Positions 14,176-26,300 of a DNA stretch of 64,000 nt are shown here, piece by piece (the first letter of the stretch is position 1; each line of letters begins with the position of its first letter). The translations under genes and the position numbers were made by a program. The stretch is from Macrostomum hystrix. Its lineage: Eukaryota > Animalia > Platyhelminthes. The notes under the pieces are model-generated. The model was not told where the DNA came from, did no database searches, and worked only from the letters and a program-made list of their open reading frames with translations. The stretch is taken from positions 32,550,001-32,614,000 of the forward strand of contig CATNEN010000038.1 of assembly GCA_950097015.1 (NCBI GenBank), in the 5' to 3' direction.

Positions 14176-14839
14176 TAACCACTTGGAATTTTTAGCACTT
14201 ACAGGCTTAGCTATTGTAACAATTTATGTATACTAGTCAGTAGTCATTATATCACATTACATCACTAAATGTACAAGCACACTAATAACAAAACTATTAC
14301 AACCAAAATATATGAAGAATTACAATTTGCTCTATAAATGTTATATTGCACTTGTTAGAAATATTTTTAATTAAGAGTTCTGATCATTACTACCATTTTT
14401 AACACTTGAGAGCTTAAGAGTACTGGTTTAAACTTAGCTTAGGAACTTATGAATAGCAGTAGCTATGATTTAAACCTTATGACTAGGTGTTTTATCATGT
14501 TTGAATATTTGTAGTTAAATATCTAACTCATTATCATTTATCAATACATTTTTACATTATAAATTGATTTTTTTCTCTATAAAGCTTCCCAAGCTTTAAA
14601 CTATTTGCTAGAGGTTATATTTTAAGGACATAGTTACATACACTTTGTTTCAGAAAGTTATATAAATTTAACCTCAAATAAAGATAATTAACTGTAGCTG
14701 TAGTTTTCTTATGCTTATAATATTGATAGCTGGCCATTGTTTAAGGTTGCCAAAAAATCTAAATATAAAAAATATATAAAAATGAATATAAATTTTTGAA
14801 AGAATTTGTACTTTTTATTGATACCAAGTCTGTTGCAAA

Positions 14840-15177
14840 CTTGCACCATGGTCCCTGACACTAAGTTCAATTTCACAGCAAGGCCACATTCATTTAGGGT
14901 ATAGCCGCAGAGAGAAGGCTCAATGGCTTGTTGTGCAATTTATGCCCTTGTGGGCCAACCTGCAAAGCACAATTAAATGTATACTGCCTGACAATGAGAA
15001 AGGCGGGGCAGATGTACATACCAGTGTGAGCATATGGCTGCATACAGTATCCATTTGCATGTGTGCTTAGGAGACAGATGACAGTGGAAATGGGCAGAAT
15101 TGCCTCCTCGCTGCCTTTGCGTCTAGTGTCACTAAATTATGTGCCACTGCCTGCAGCCCTCCTGCAATTATTATTTT
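14840..15177 (+). mobile_element. SINE family 1, CpG-decayed copy with 3' tail
   Basis: Aligns by eye to 29960-30166 (GCACC..GGTCCCTGA, GAGAGAAGGCT, GGGCCAACCT, TCTAGTGTCAC) and ends GCAGCCCTCCTGCAATTATTATT. Confidence 0.7.
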
Positions 15178-16204
15178 TTATGTTACAAGTTGGACCATCA
15201 GGAATTAGTAAATAAGTAATGTTAGTCGTATATTAAGACACAATAAATTAACATTTTAGGCAAACACAAGAATATCATTTGCACTACATACTTTTCAATA
15301 GCTAAAGGAAAGGAAAAAGCATAATAATTAAATATAAACGATATATTGAAACACAGCTTTTCTGCATAACTCGATTAGGCCCTAAGCATATGCATTGCAT
15401 TGTATGGGTTCAAAGCAGTTCTTAAAGCAACATTTGTAACTTAGAACGAAATGCTAACAATTGTAAAAAGCCAGGAGCAACTTTCAAATCTCAGTATTTG
15501 TTTTTCGTTTATTTCCACCTTATTAGTATTTTAACTCTGTGACTTTATACTCGCCTTAAACTTTCAAGCCGAAAAAATCGTTACGGATTAAATTAAATGT
15601 AATGGATTTCTGAATTTAAATTAATTATATTAAATGCGCAGAAACTATAATATTTTTTTACTTAATCGAAAAATCCAAACTTAAAAATTAAAAAAATAAT
15701 TACATAAATAATTCCTTTTTGCTTTTTAAGTTCGTTCAAATAAATAATAACTAATTGTTTTTTGTTAAAGCTAACTGTATAATATATTTTTTAACTGAAA
15801 ATTGTGGTGCAATCGCGCTCGAACCTTATAAAACATTAAATGCGATATGAGAATCTTCATGAAAGTCTCAGAATTAATATAAGTTCTATAATATAAATTT
15901 GTTTTTTACTTGTCCTTTTTAGAGTAAAATCCAACTTTACTTTGTATTTAGGGAAATAGCTGTGCTTAGTGGGTATTAAATATTAGTACTTATATTATTA
16001 GGCCTATGATAAATGGTAGTATAAAAGTCTGAATAAAATGTTGCTAAAGTTAGATAATATAAAATGTGTTCTTTTAACCATTGCCTTATTGGCTTCCTTG
16101 CCACTTAGGGCTAAATAATGTTGTAAAATTCAAGTGGGAAATAACACAATTTGTCCAATAAAACTTTTGTTTTTAACAAAAAGAGTTATATATATTTCAA
16201 AGTA

Positions 16205-17487
16205 GGCATAAGTATGGTTTCGTTCGTTAAACTCAAATTCGCGCGAAAAACGATAACTGGCGTAACAAGGATAACGGGTAACATTGAGAAATGTCAGAAT
16301 AATGTCCTTCGGGTAGAAGCTACAGCAGAAGCTTTGCAGAAGCTACAGCGGGTACTGTTCCGTGATACAGCGCAGGAAGTGCCGGAAGTGGGGACGTGGG
16401 AACTTCTTGCGCCACAGAAATTCCTACAGGTATGTTCCAATTTGGTGCGGCTACGTGCCGTACATGTTACGCAATATGCGTTTCACGTGGGCCCATGTAC
16501 CCTCCACAAGATTATATGGACGTTGGGATCCTGCAGGTCCACAAAGGCCAGGCGGTGATTGACCACCGGGTGGTTGGGTAGGGCGCTGTAGGCCTGCCAG
16601 CTGTCTGTGAGAATGTGTGTACCGGGGAGAACATGCTGCTGGATGATAGGAAACAGTGTCTTGGCTCGGCAGTTGGCAACTGGCACCATGATGGTCTTAT
16701 TAGTTCTGCATTCCACCATTCCAAGGACCCAGGTGCCATTCCGGTGGGCACCTTGCTGATGTTTCTGGTGGAAAACCAGTGACTCGTCTATCTCCACCTC
16801 ACATCAAGCTGCATTGGGTGCACCTGCAGATATTCACAGCAGACGTCGCGGCAGAAGTTTGCCCAATCCACAACGCAGGAGTGGGCAATCCTTGTCTGCT
16901 GTTCGATCTCCTCCAGCAACAGCTCCATCGACCAGAGCATCACAAAGTCAAAGAGGCGTGGCAAGTCAATATGGCTGCCTTCAAAAAAGGAGCCCTTTTG
17001 CACTGAAGATTGGCCATGGCAGGTGTTACAACTCCAGGCCCAACCATCTTTAAACCGTTCTCCTTGCTGGCGCTGAAGCTTCATAGCTTGCCCACAGCAT
17101 TGGCGACTATTCGCCATTAGGTGGTACTTTGCAAGGAAGCGCATCATGGCCATTGCACCTTCATCGCCAGCCGCTGTGACAGCATGCATGGATTGTAGGT
17201 CGCATGAGAGGTGCTCCAGCATGGCCAGGTTCTCCACCTCATTGGTGGGGATGAGGACAATTGGTGCTGATGGGTGTCCACCAGCCATATTGATAAGTAT
17301 CTGATTTGAATTTCAAATCGCGCTCCTCACCAGTACAACTGCCACGTCAGCGCCACCAACCATGGGGTATATTTTGGCCATAGACACTGCCACGTCAGTA
17401 CTTAAATTTCAAATCGTGTATCATTACGGTCTTAGATTTTGATTTTTGCACGAATTTGAGTTTAACAAACAAAACCATACTTATGCC
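16205..17487 (-). mobile_element. Merlin (IS1016/ISXO2-related) DNA transposon, decayed
   Basis: About 46-bp terminal inverted repeats start GGCATAAGTATGG (16205) and end CCATACTTATGCC (17487). The 8-bp flanks TCAAAGTA and TTAAAGTT match at 6/8, consistent with the 8-bp TSD of Merlin. The element encloses a transposase pseudogene. Confidence 0.85.
16343..17288 (-). pseudogene. ISXO2-like/Merlin DDE transposase pseudogene
   Basis: N-terminal Cys/zinc-ribbon-like part (CCG..W.C..C..SV.KGSFFE) is followed after a frameshift near 16.8 kb by EIDES, WVLGMVE, TLFPIIQQHVLPGT.I.TDSW.AY and H.VVNH..FVD. After a second frameshift near 16515 comes NLVEGTWAHVKR..YL*EFLWR, with two in-frame TAG stops. Confidence 0.85.
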
Positions 17488-18838
17488 TTAAAGTTTTATA
17501 TTTCAAGTGTGATCTTAAAATTGCAACTAAAGTTTTGTCGCAAACAAAAGTTTTCTGGTTTGTGTAATTTGGCTTATAACCTCATGGCAGTTTTCTTTTT
17601 TAATTCAAGAGAATGTATAAAAAATTCCTTCTGGTATTGCATATTACCAGCATGATACAGACTAGCCTATAGTCTAGATATTGGAATTCATATACAATAG
17701 CTATAGACTATATAGCTAGTTCTATGGACAATGTCAATTAAAGGCCAAGAGCCAAATATAATTAGAGTCTAGTAGGCCCCTACTCATTTTATAGTTATCT
17801 AGAGTCTAGCATTTTTACAAGAAAATACATTTATTTTTGTCATTAGGTCTATATGTGTTAATCATGCACATGAATAATATGTTTTGCTAAAATAGTAAGT
17901 CAGTTTTATGAGACATGTATAGTGTTCAGATCTCACCCTAAGGCTTTTAACTAAACTGCTAGGTTAGCTGTTAATTTTTTTCTTAAAAGAAATTTACCTC
18001 TTGAATATTTTCCCCCTGATTTCACATTTTTAGATTTGAACAATGGGATGAATTATGATTACTCTCTACACATGTGCTCTGCACTTACTAAACTGATGCT
18101 TCATCTGCGTTCAGCCTTCATTGGTTGAATTGCCCTGCAGAGATGAAGCTTCACTGTTTATGAGAGGTAAAAGGTGGGTATTTATGTGTATTTCAATTTC
18201 ATTGTAACAGACCTAGCAATTATCACATTTTAATAGGTGAAATAGAGTATAAACTTTCTGAAAATATTATTTTCTGGTTTCTAAAGTATCAAAGAAATTT
18301 AAATTAAATTTAAATAAAGATACAGTTATTTCTATATTTAAACCTTCACAAATGTTTCTTCTTTTACTGTGTTTTTAATTATTTTTTAAATAACAGCTTT
18401 GGTACCATTGCCAGTGCTCAATATTGGCATCAACTGACACAATCAAAGAGTTTTGCTGCCGACACTGCTATACAGTTCTATTGGCGATGCAGATGTGTTG
18501 CTGGTTGGACAGACATGCCTTAAAGTGGGTTACAACTTAATAATCTGTATTTATTTAGTTATATAGTTATAAAACTATAAACTATCTATCAGGATTACCA
18601 ATATAAGCAACATGCTATTATGTTTCAGAGTTAGATAGTAAATTAAGCATTTTTAAGCATTAAAGTTTTAAACCAGAATTAATCATTTTTTTTCATGGAT
18701 CCCCGCAGCTGGTTCAGCACCGCTGACTGTGTGGAGGAAATAGGTAAAAAGCTTATCAGTTGCAAGCGACTGAAAGGTAAACGGAATCAGTAAGTTGGTT
18801 TAATAAGAAAACACATTTCGCTAACCTCAAAGCGGGTC

Positions 18839-21454
18839 ATGCTGCGTCATCGACCGAAGCATCAGCAGCAAGATGGCGACGAGGGCGATGGCGAGATTTG
18901 CCCAGGCTGCGGCCGGGCAAGTGTTCGCCTATTGCAATGCGGCTGGCTAGTTGCTGTCCGAGCATGCGATAGGCCAGACTGCTTGCATCCACTGCTGGGA
19001 CCCGTCAGGCCGGTGGCCAGGTCCTACACAGAGTTGTCTTCAACTAAGGCTTCAGTAATTCATGCGGCTACTGGCTCAACATCTGATCCCGAAGTGGTGA
19101 CTGCTCTCATTGCCACCATAAATTCTTCGTCAGCTAAACCAGATACTATACTATCTGCAGCTGCATCAACTGAAGTTGAAGGTGCTGCTGTAGCTTCTAT
19201 CATTATTAATCCTGACGATGTGTATGTTCGGTGCAGCTGCCGCTTGTCGACTTTGGCAAATGTGGAGCTGAATTCTCTAGTCTCAGCCACAGCCAGTCTC
19301 AGCTTATTTAGCCGATCTACAGGCGGTCAGTTAGACCGCTATCGAGCCAGTTATAAGCGCTGCCTACGCGCCGTGCGAGCATCATTTCGCCTGTCAACAC
19401 CGTCCAGTAGCTGTTGCACTTTTCGCGGACTCGGTCTTGATTCGGAAATGCTAGGCGCTGTGGACAAAGAGCTGGCTGAATTGGATGCTATTCTGGCTAG
19501 CGATGTGTCGGTCCTGTTGGGCGTTGGCGTTGTTAGCGAAAGAAATCTGCTCTACAACTGCTTGCGCGGCTTGTTCCGCCACTGCGCCAGGTCTAGCATA
19601 AGCTTTAAACAGATGTGCACGGCCTGCTTTCAACAGAATATTGTTCAGTGAGTTGCTGTCTTCAATTCACTCCCACTTCACTTTAAAGACGTTTTAACGG
19701 TTAAATTGGGCATTTCATCGATAGATTGTGGGGTTAGTAAGTAGATTAGGGGATTAGTAGATAGAATCGGGGGTTGGTAGATATATTTGATAATGACAAA
19801 TTGTAAACAATGGTCAAGTAGACTAAGAATTCGTAGTATATCCCTGAGATCTTATGGATAGCTTGAAGAACAGTGGTAACATTTTAGTCAGTTCAGCACA
19901 GTGTTGCAAATTTTGGTAAATTTTCTTACTTGCTTACTTAGTAGTCAAATTAGCGAATTTATATTGAAATTTATTTAAGTTTGTCAAAAACTTTAAGCCT
20001 TGAAATTATTAACAAAACGACAGGAGCCGCTGCACAGTACTCCGACTGACAAATCTAGCTGACGATTTCGATCTGAGCCAGCCATTGAAGCGGGTTCTGT
20101 TGCGCAACTGTCGCCTATGCGGCTCGCCTGATCAACGCGTCCTAGTCAGCTGGGAATCTGCGCCGCCTTCAGCACTCCTAGTCGAATCGCCCGACGGCAT
20201 TCCTTCGTTGGCGGTAGCTGACAAAGTTGGTGATCAAGAATTTGACGCTCGGTGTTCCATAAGGCTACTAGCTGTCGATGGCGTAACTTTCGCGCCGACT
20301 GGATTAATTGAACGGCGACGTCAACGGCGAGGAAACGGCTACGGCTGCAGCTACGTTACCTGGATCTACAATGCTGACAGTGAGTGGCGCGGCATTTTGT
20401 CTTCTTCTGGTTTGGTACATAAGAGCAGTCAGGGTTTTGAGAGGCGCAGCGTTGGAGAAGGAGGACACGGCGGTTCTCGTAAGTTCATTGTTTATGTATT
20501 AATCGTGTTTTTTTTCAATTCGCGTTCCTCTCTGGAAGTTGCTCAGAAGGGTAAGCTTTGTAACAGGTAGGTGAAAGGTCCGGAGTTCGAATCTCGACGC
20601 CAGATGGACAATTTATGTCCTTAGAACCACTTCTTCCAAAATATTGTGAAACCAATCGCCTTTCAGAATCAGCAATAGCATCGCCATAGACTATTGCGTT
20701 CATTTTTATACTATTTATACTATTTTATACTAAGAGGCCAACAAAAGACTATAAGAAACTGGCAATTTTCATCTGCTAGATTTTAAATTTGTACTAATTA
20801 ATTACTATTCAACATTTTCAACCGTCAGGTGAGCGCTGGATGGCCGTCTCCTCTGAGACTCGCTTCGCCTGCTTTGAAGACTCACCTCCGCCTATTGGCC
20901 AGCCCAACTCAGACATACTCTGCGTCCTATACGAGCGGCTGCCGCCTTATAGCGACACCGTTAGCGAAGTTAATAGCGTGGCATCGTCGCTGGATCAACT
21001 TCTAGATGACGATGAAAATCTACCAGCCGCCATTGTTAATAATGCCACTGAATCCCAAGCAGCAGCAGTTGCCGACTCCCTGTCTGAGATTCGAGCCGCT
21101 TCGGACATTGTTGAGCGTCCTATGTCGTTGCGTAATCGATTGGAGAGTGTAATGCGTAGTCGCAGATTTCCTGCCGCTGCTGCTTCTGCTGCTGCTAGTC
21201 CAAGACCGCCAACCCTTGACTCCGTCAATGATAGCTTTGTCATGTCTCGCTTCCTGGACGTTGTGGCTACAACAGCCGCTGCCGCCGCAGTCTCCTCCGA
21301 GGTTGGCGCCTCTCGACGTCGGCATAGTCGTCGTCAACGGTTACGCGGCTACGCCGAGGACAATCGTGCAAGATTCGCGGCCGCTACGTCAACTGCCGCA
21401 GCTTCTGATGTGGGAGATTATGCAAATTTTGACTTTTCAAATCTGTTTCTATGA
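18839..21454 (+). CDS. Uncharacterised Cys-rich protein, 3 exons, 629 aa
   Basis: Exons 18839-19647, 20024-20478 and 20829-21454 join in frame through GTGAGT..CAG and GTAAGT..CAG introns. N-terminal CPGC..LQCG..C..C cluster, a helical segment, a beta-rich middle, an LPPY motif and an Ala-rich tail. No family recognised with confidence; the start codon is uncertain. Confidence 0.7.
20539..20615 (+). mobile_element. tRNA-like head (SINE family 2 remnant)
   Basis: Degenerate A-box and B-box GGAGTTCGAATCTCGA, identical over 16 nt to the minus-strand copy at 41.65 kb. No complete cloverleaf. Confidence 0.45.
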
Positions 21455-21584
21455 GCCAATATGTCGCATTTTCTCTGTTTGCTTGTGTTTCTGTTTTGCT
21501 TTATTACACAACCTCTGTCACAGAATAGTTCAATTTAAGCTTCACTTTTTGTGTTGCTAATTTGAATAATGTTACCGTTTTTTA

Positions 21585-21797
21585 TTGGCTGGTTTATTGG
21601 CTGTACTTTTATGGGTAGTTAGTTAGCCTATTGGCTGGTTAGGCTATTGGCTAGTTAGTTAGGCTATTGGCTAGCTAGTTTGGCTGTTGGCTAGTTAGTT
21701 AGGCTATTGGCTAGTTAGTTAGGCTATTGGCTAGTTAGTTAGGCTATTGGCTAGTTAGTTAGGCTATTGGCTTGTTAGTTAGGCTATTGGCTAGTTA
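21585..21797. repeat. 20-bp minisatellite (GGCTATTGGCTAGTTAGTTA)
   Basis: About 9 units downstream of the stop codon at 21454. Confidence 0.9.
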
Positions 21798-22361
21798 ATG
21801 ATTTTAAGCCGCGGTTTACAAACTCTTTAATCAAGCCTTCGTATAACTTGTATCATGCTTTGTTCCGCTTTCTTCATTGACTGACTTAAAGTGTTTTTTG
21901 TTAAATCTGATAAACATTATATTGAATTTTCCAGACTACGCAGATATTCAATTATGAATCATGTTCTGTTAATTTCTTACGCATTCTGGTCATACGAAAC
22001 CTGAGAACTATGATAATACTTTAATGGTTTATGGCCCTATCGTATAACTCTGACGTTCTAACAACAAATTTAGCCTCAGCTCAATGCCTATTTCAATGTT
22101 TCTTAATTGCTACACCTGTTTATTTATTTCTGAAATACACCAAAAACAACAAAGTAATCTAATTCACACCGGTTCCTGATTACTGCAATTTGTCTATCTC
22201 TAATGAAATGTTTTTACCAAACTTTGCAGATTTTTTCAAAAAACTATTTTTTCATTAAAAAATCAATCTTACCCTCTTTTCTAAATGAGGTTTTTACTCC
22301 TCTGTTAAGTTAGGTTTTCAGTTTACGAGTGTTAAAAGGAATGAGGTATTAGATTTTTAAT

Positions 22362-22925
22362 TGGGTGAGATTCTCATGGGTGAGAGTGCAAGTTTGGATG
22401 AGAGTGGGTTTGGGTGAGATTCTCAAGGATAAGAGTGTGAGTTTGGGTGAGATTGTCAAGGATAAGAGTGTGAGTTTGGGTGAGATTCTCAAGGATAAGA
22501 GTGTGAGTTTGGGTGAGATTCTCAAGGATAAGAGTGTGAGTTTGGGTGAGATTCTCAAGGATAAGAGTGTGAGTTTGGGAGAGATTCTCAAGGATAAGAG
22601 TGTGAGTTTGGGTGAGATTCTCAAGGATAAGAGTGTGAGTTTGGGTGAGATTCTCAAGGATAAGAGTGTGAGTTTGGGTGAGATTCTCAAGGATAAGAGT
22701 GTGAGTTTGGGTGAGATTCTCAAGGATAAGAGTGTGAGTTTGGGTGAGATTCTCAAGGATAAGAGTGTGAGTTTGGGTGAGATTGTCAAGGATAAGAGTG
22801 TGAGTTTGGGTGAGATTCTCAAGGATAAGAGTGTGAGTTTGGGTGAGATTGTCAAGGATAAGAGTGAGTTTGGGTGAGATTCTCAAGGATAAGAGTGTGA
22901 GTTTGGGTGAGATTCTCAGGGATGA
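22362..22925. repeat. 33-bp minisatellite (GGGTGAGATTCTCAAGGATAAGAGTGTGAGTTT)
   Basis: About 16 near-identical units between convergent genes. Confidence 0.95.
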
Positions 22926-23372
22926 GAAGAAAATCACAAATAAAGTAAAACCGTTATTAGTTTTAATTGCTTTTTCATATAGTTTTATAGCAATTTATGT
23001 TAGCATGTCGTTAATTATAAAGTACTACGAAAATCAGTTAGTAATGCGTGGGTTAATTATATACGAGCCCTCGTACTTAAATATTGCTTTTTCAGTAACT
23101 AAATTTGTTGCAAATTTACAAAAGACAAAACTACTAATATAAATGTAAGCATCATTAAAGTGCGTTTCTAATGAGTGCATCATAATGTTAGCAGTAAATT
23201 TTAAAACAATAGCTTAATTTATACAATTTTGAACTCTGCGAAGCGAACTGAAGCTGTGCTTGAAAAAATGTTAATGAAAAAACTCGGTGCAGTCTCAGGT
23301 ACGTATTTTCTTAACTCAAAATGATGCGTCTTAAAAATGATTTGAGTTACTTCAGGGGTTGAGGATCTAAGC

Positions 23373-26300
23373 TCAGCGTGTCCAGGCCTGCATGAGCAGT
23401 GAACTCGGCGAGCCAGGCGACGACGAGACAGCGCCGCCGGAGGTAGCCAGGTCCTGGTCGCAGGCCGAGTCCTCGTCGCAGTCGGCCCGATGCAGCAGCC
23501 TCTGTGGGTTGACGGAGGTGAGGACATTGTTGCCGAGCTGGTTGAGCAGCTCCTCGCCGATCTTCTCCGCGACCTTGTCGTGCTCGAAGAAGGTGCTGAG
23601 CTCCTCGCTGCTCAGTGCGGCGTGCGGGTTGTCCTTGACCTTGCCCTTAACCTTGATGTGGTGGATTCGCTCCATATGGCGCTCCCGGTTGGACTTGGTG
23701 GAGAAGGACTGCGAGCACCTGGTGCAGCAGTAAGGCTTGTGGCTGGTGTGCGTGATGATGTGCCGTTTCAGGGAGGACATCCACGGGAAGGACTGCTTGC
23801 AGTTGCTGAACGGGCAGAAGATCAGGTTCGGCGCGTCCTTGTAAGAGTTCTTCTTGGCCTTCTTCTTCAGCGGGCCCGCGTCGCTCTCGCTGTCGCTGTT
23901 CGAGTTGCCGCCGCCACAGCCGAGGCTGCTGGCTCGGCCTGGCGTCGCCGCAGCATCCGACGCCTCCTCAGACCGGCGCTGCAGCTTTGAAATCCCAGAC
24001 GATGCCGAAGAGACAGTCGGGGCGTCTCCAAGCACAGGTTCAGGGATCGCCGGAGTCGATGTGGCAGCAGCAGCGGCGGCAGCAGCAACAGCAGCAGCAG
24101 CTTGAGTGTCAATGGCCGGAAGCGTGCTCGGTGCTAGCAGCTGTGGCGGGTAGCTGAAGGGCCAGGTAAAGAGGCCGGGCCACAGAGGCGAAGTCCACGC
24201 ACTCAGGAACGGGTTCAGCACAGCGGCGTCCTTGGCCGGGGTCTGCGGACAGCCGGAGTCGTTGATAGCGCTGACTGTGCTCTCGTCCTTCGCCGTCACG
24301 GACGCAGCCACGGCCGCCACGGATAGGTCCAGCGGCTGCTCCTCCGCAGTCTTCGTCGGCCTCTGGCGGGGTCGCTTCAGCCAGACGACCTTCTTGGTGA
24401 CACAAGCCCTCGGTTCCGTGGTGCTGCAGTCCAGGTGCTTGACTTTCAGGTGCTCCAGGAACTGCTCCGGTCCCAGCAGGTCGTGTGAGCAGTGCGGGCA
24501 GGCGAAGCGAATCTCGCAGCTCGGTCGGGCCTCGAAGTGCGAGCGCAGAGCCTCGGGCGAGCCGAGGTCCAGCTGGCACACGTTGCACGAGCTGTTCTCG
24601 TCTCCGATCAGGCGCTGCTTCAGGTCATCGCTCACCCGCACGACGCCGCAGTAAAGCCTCTTCACCTGGACGTCGAACTCTTTCCTGTGGCTTGGATCCA
24701 GTGTTTGGCGCATGATTGACACTTCCTCGTGGCTGCGCTGCTGCAGCAGATGCCTGTGCGCGTTCTCCCTGGTGCAGAAGCTGCCGTGCTGCTTGTGCAG
24801 ATGCTTGTCATCGACGCCGACTGTGAAAATGGCTCCCGGATTGCACAGCTTGCAGATGTACGGGTCAATCTTGATGTGGTTGATCATCACGTGACGTTTC
24901 ATTGTCGCCAGATCTTCGTCCTTTTCGCCACACGGGGCTCCGTCCTGCATGCGGCCAAGGCAGCAGTAGATGGTCTTCTGAGGCGGCGTGCCGTGGCAGG
25001 TGGCCCTGTGGATCACCAGATTCTTCTTGCCGAAGCATTTCCTGTTGCACTGATCGCAGCGGTGGAGCACGGAGCTCTCCCTGCGTCCTCGCTTGCCTTC
25101 GCGAGTCTGGCTCATCCCAGTCAGATTGACGCGCTTGCGACTGGAGCTTATCAAGCTGACCGACTGGGCCTGGCTGTGGTGGTGAAGCAGCTGCAGATAG
25201 CGGCGTCTCAGCCTTCGCGCAGCACGAAGCGAGGGCAGGCGGTTAAAATAAGCCCCCGGGTGGAGCGTCACTCTGCCCCTTGGCCGCTTCCGATTGGCTG
25301 GCCGGGCACGAGAGGGGACGAGTTTCGGCGCCACTTTCCGCGGTGTCTGCGGGTTTGGCGGGTTGGTTGGGGCGGGTTGCCTCACTGCCTTCTATGCAAT
25401 AGCGAAACAAAACAACGTAATAGAAATTCTCCCGCCAATTATGAGGCGGTCACTTTCTCTATGGGCAGCATCGTGCCGTCGATTTCTCTAAACTGATACT
25501 AGCAAATAGGCGGCTGATTCGGATAATGGTTGCGTCATAGGCCAGGTGCTCCGGAATCCTCTTCGCACATTTGATTCAGTTGAGAATGCGAGACTAAAGA
25601 TGCGAATTGCGTGTGAAAGAGAGAGACTTTGTGTTAGGCTGTTGGAGACTGTCGATGAAAGCATATGTCACCAACCCCCACAGTTGACCAGTATGGCACC
25701 TTGCAATTTAGAATTTCACGGTCTTAGCAACCGGCTTTCATAGCTTTCTTTTCTCAGTTTTCTATTTGAGCTGGCTTGTAATTGAAGCTCGCCTGTGGCA
25801 ATAAAGTTTCTAGACAAAATCTTTACACCAATTTAGACCTTTACAGGGCAGCGCTGGTTGTCAAGACTGCTGAGAACTGTTACTAGGCTAGCTTTTCATC
25901 AATAGTCAGTATTGATGGTAGAAAAATGTGCTAATTGCATAGGTAGGATATTTAGAGGCCATATCACTGAGGGTGCGGGAACATAGTGTAGAGTGAGATG
26001 GAGAGTAGAGTAAGAGTGAAAGTAGAGTAGGAGTGAGAGTAGAGTAGGAGTGAGAGTAGAGTAAGATTGTGAGTAAAGTAAGAGTGAAAGTAGAGTAAGA
26101 TTGAGAGTAGAGTAAGATTGAGAGTAAAGTAAGAGTGAAAGTAGAGTAGGACTGAAAGTAGAGTAAGATTGAGAGTAGAGTAAGATTGAGAATAGATTAA
26201 GATTGAGAGTAGAGTAGGAGTGAAAGCAGAGTAAGATTGAGAGTAGAGTAGGAGTGAGAGTAGAGTAAGAGTAGAGTAGGAGTGAGAGTAGAGTAGGAGT

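Noticed and set aside
23392-25496. Plus-strand ORFs opposite RREB1 exon 5 (and similar antisense ORFs over calpain, GPCR and AHI1)
   Set aside because: These are shadow ORFs expected from GC-rich codon usage, with no recognisable domains.
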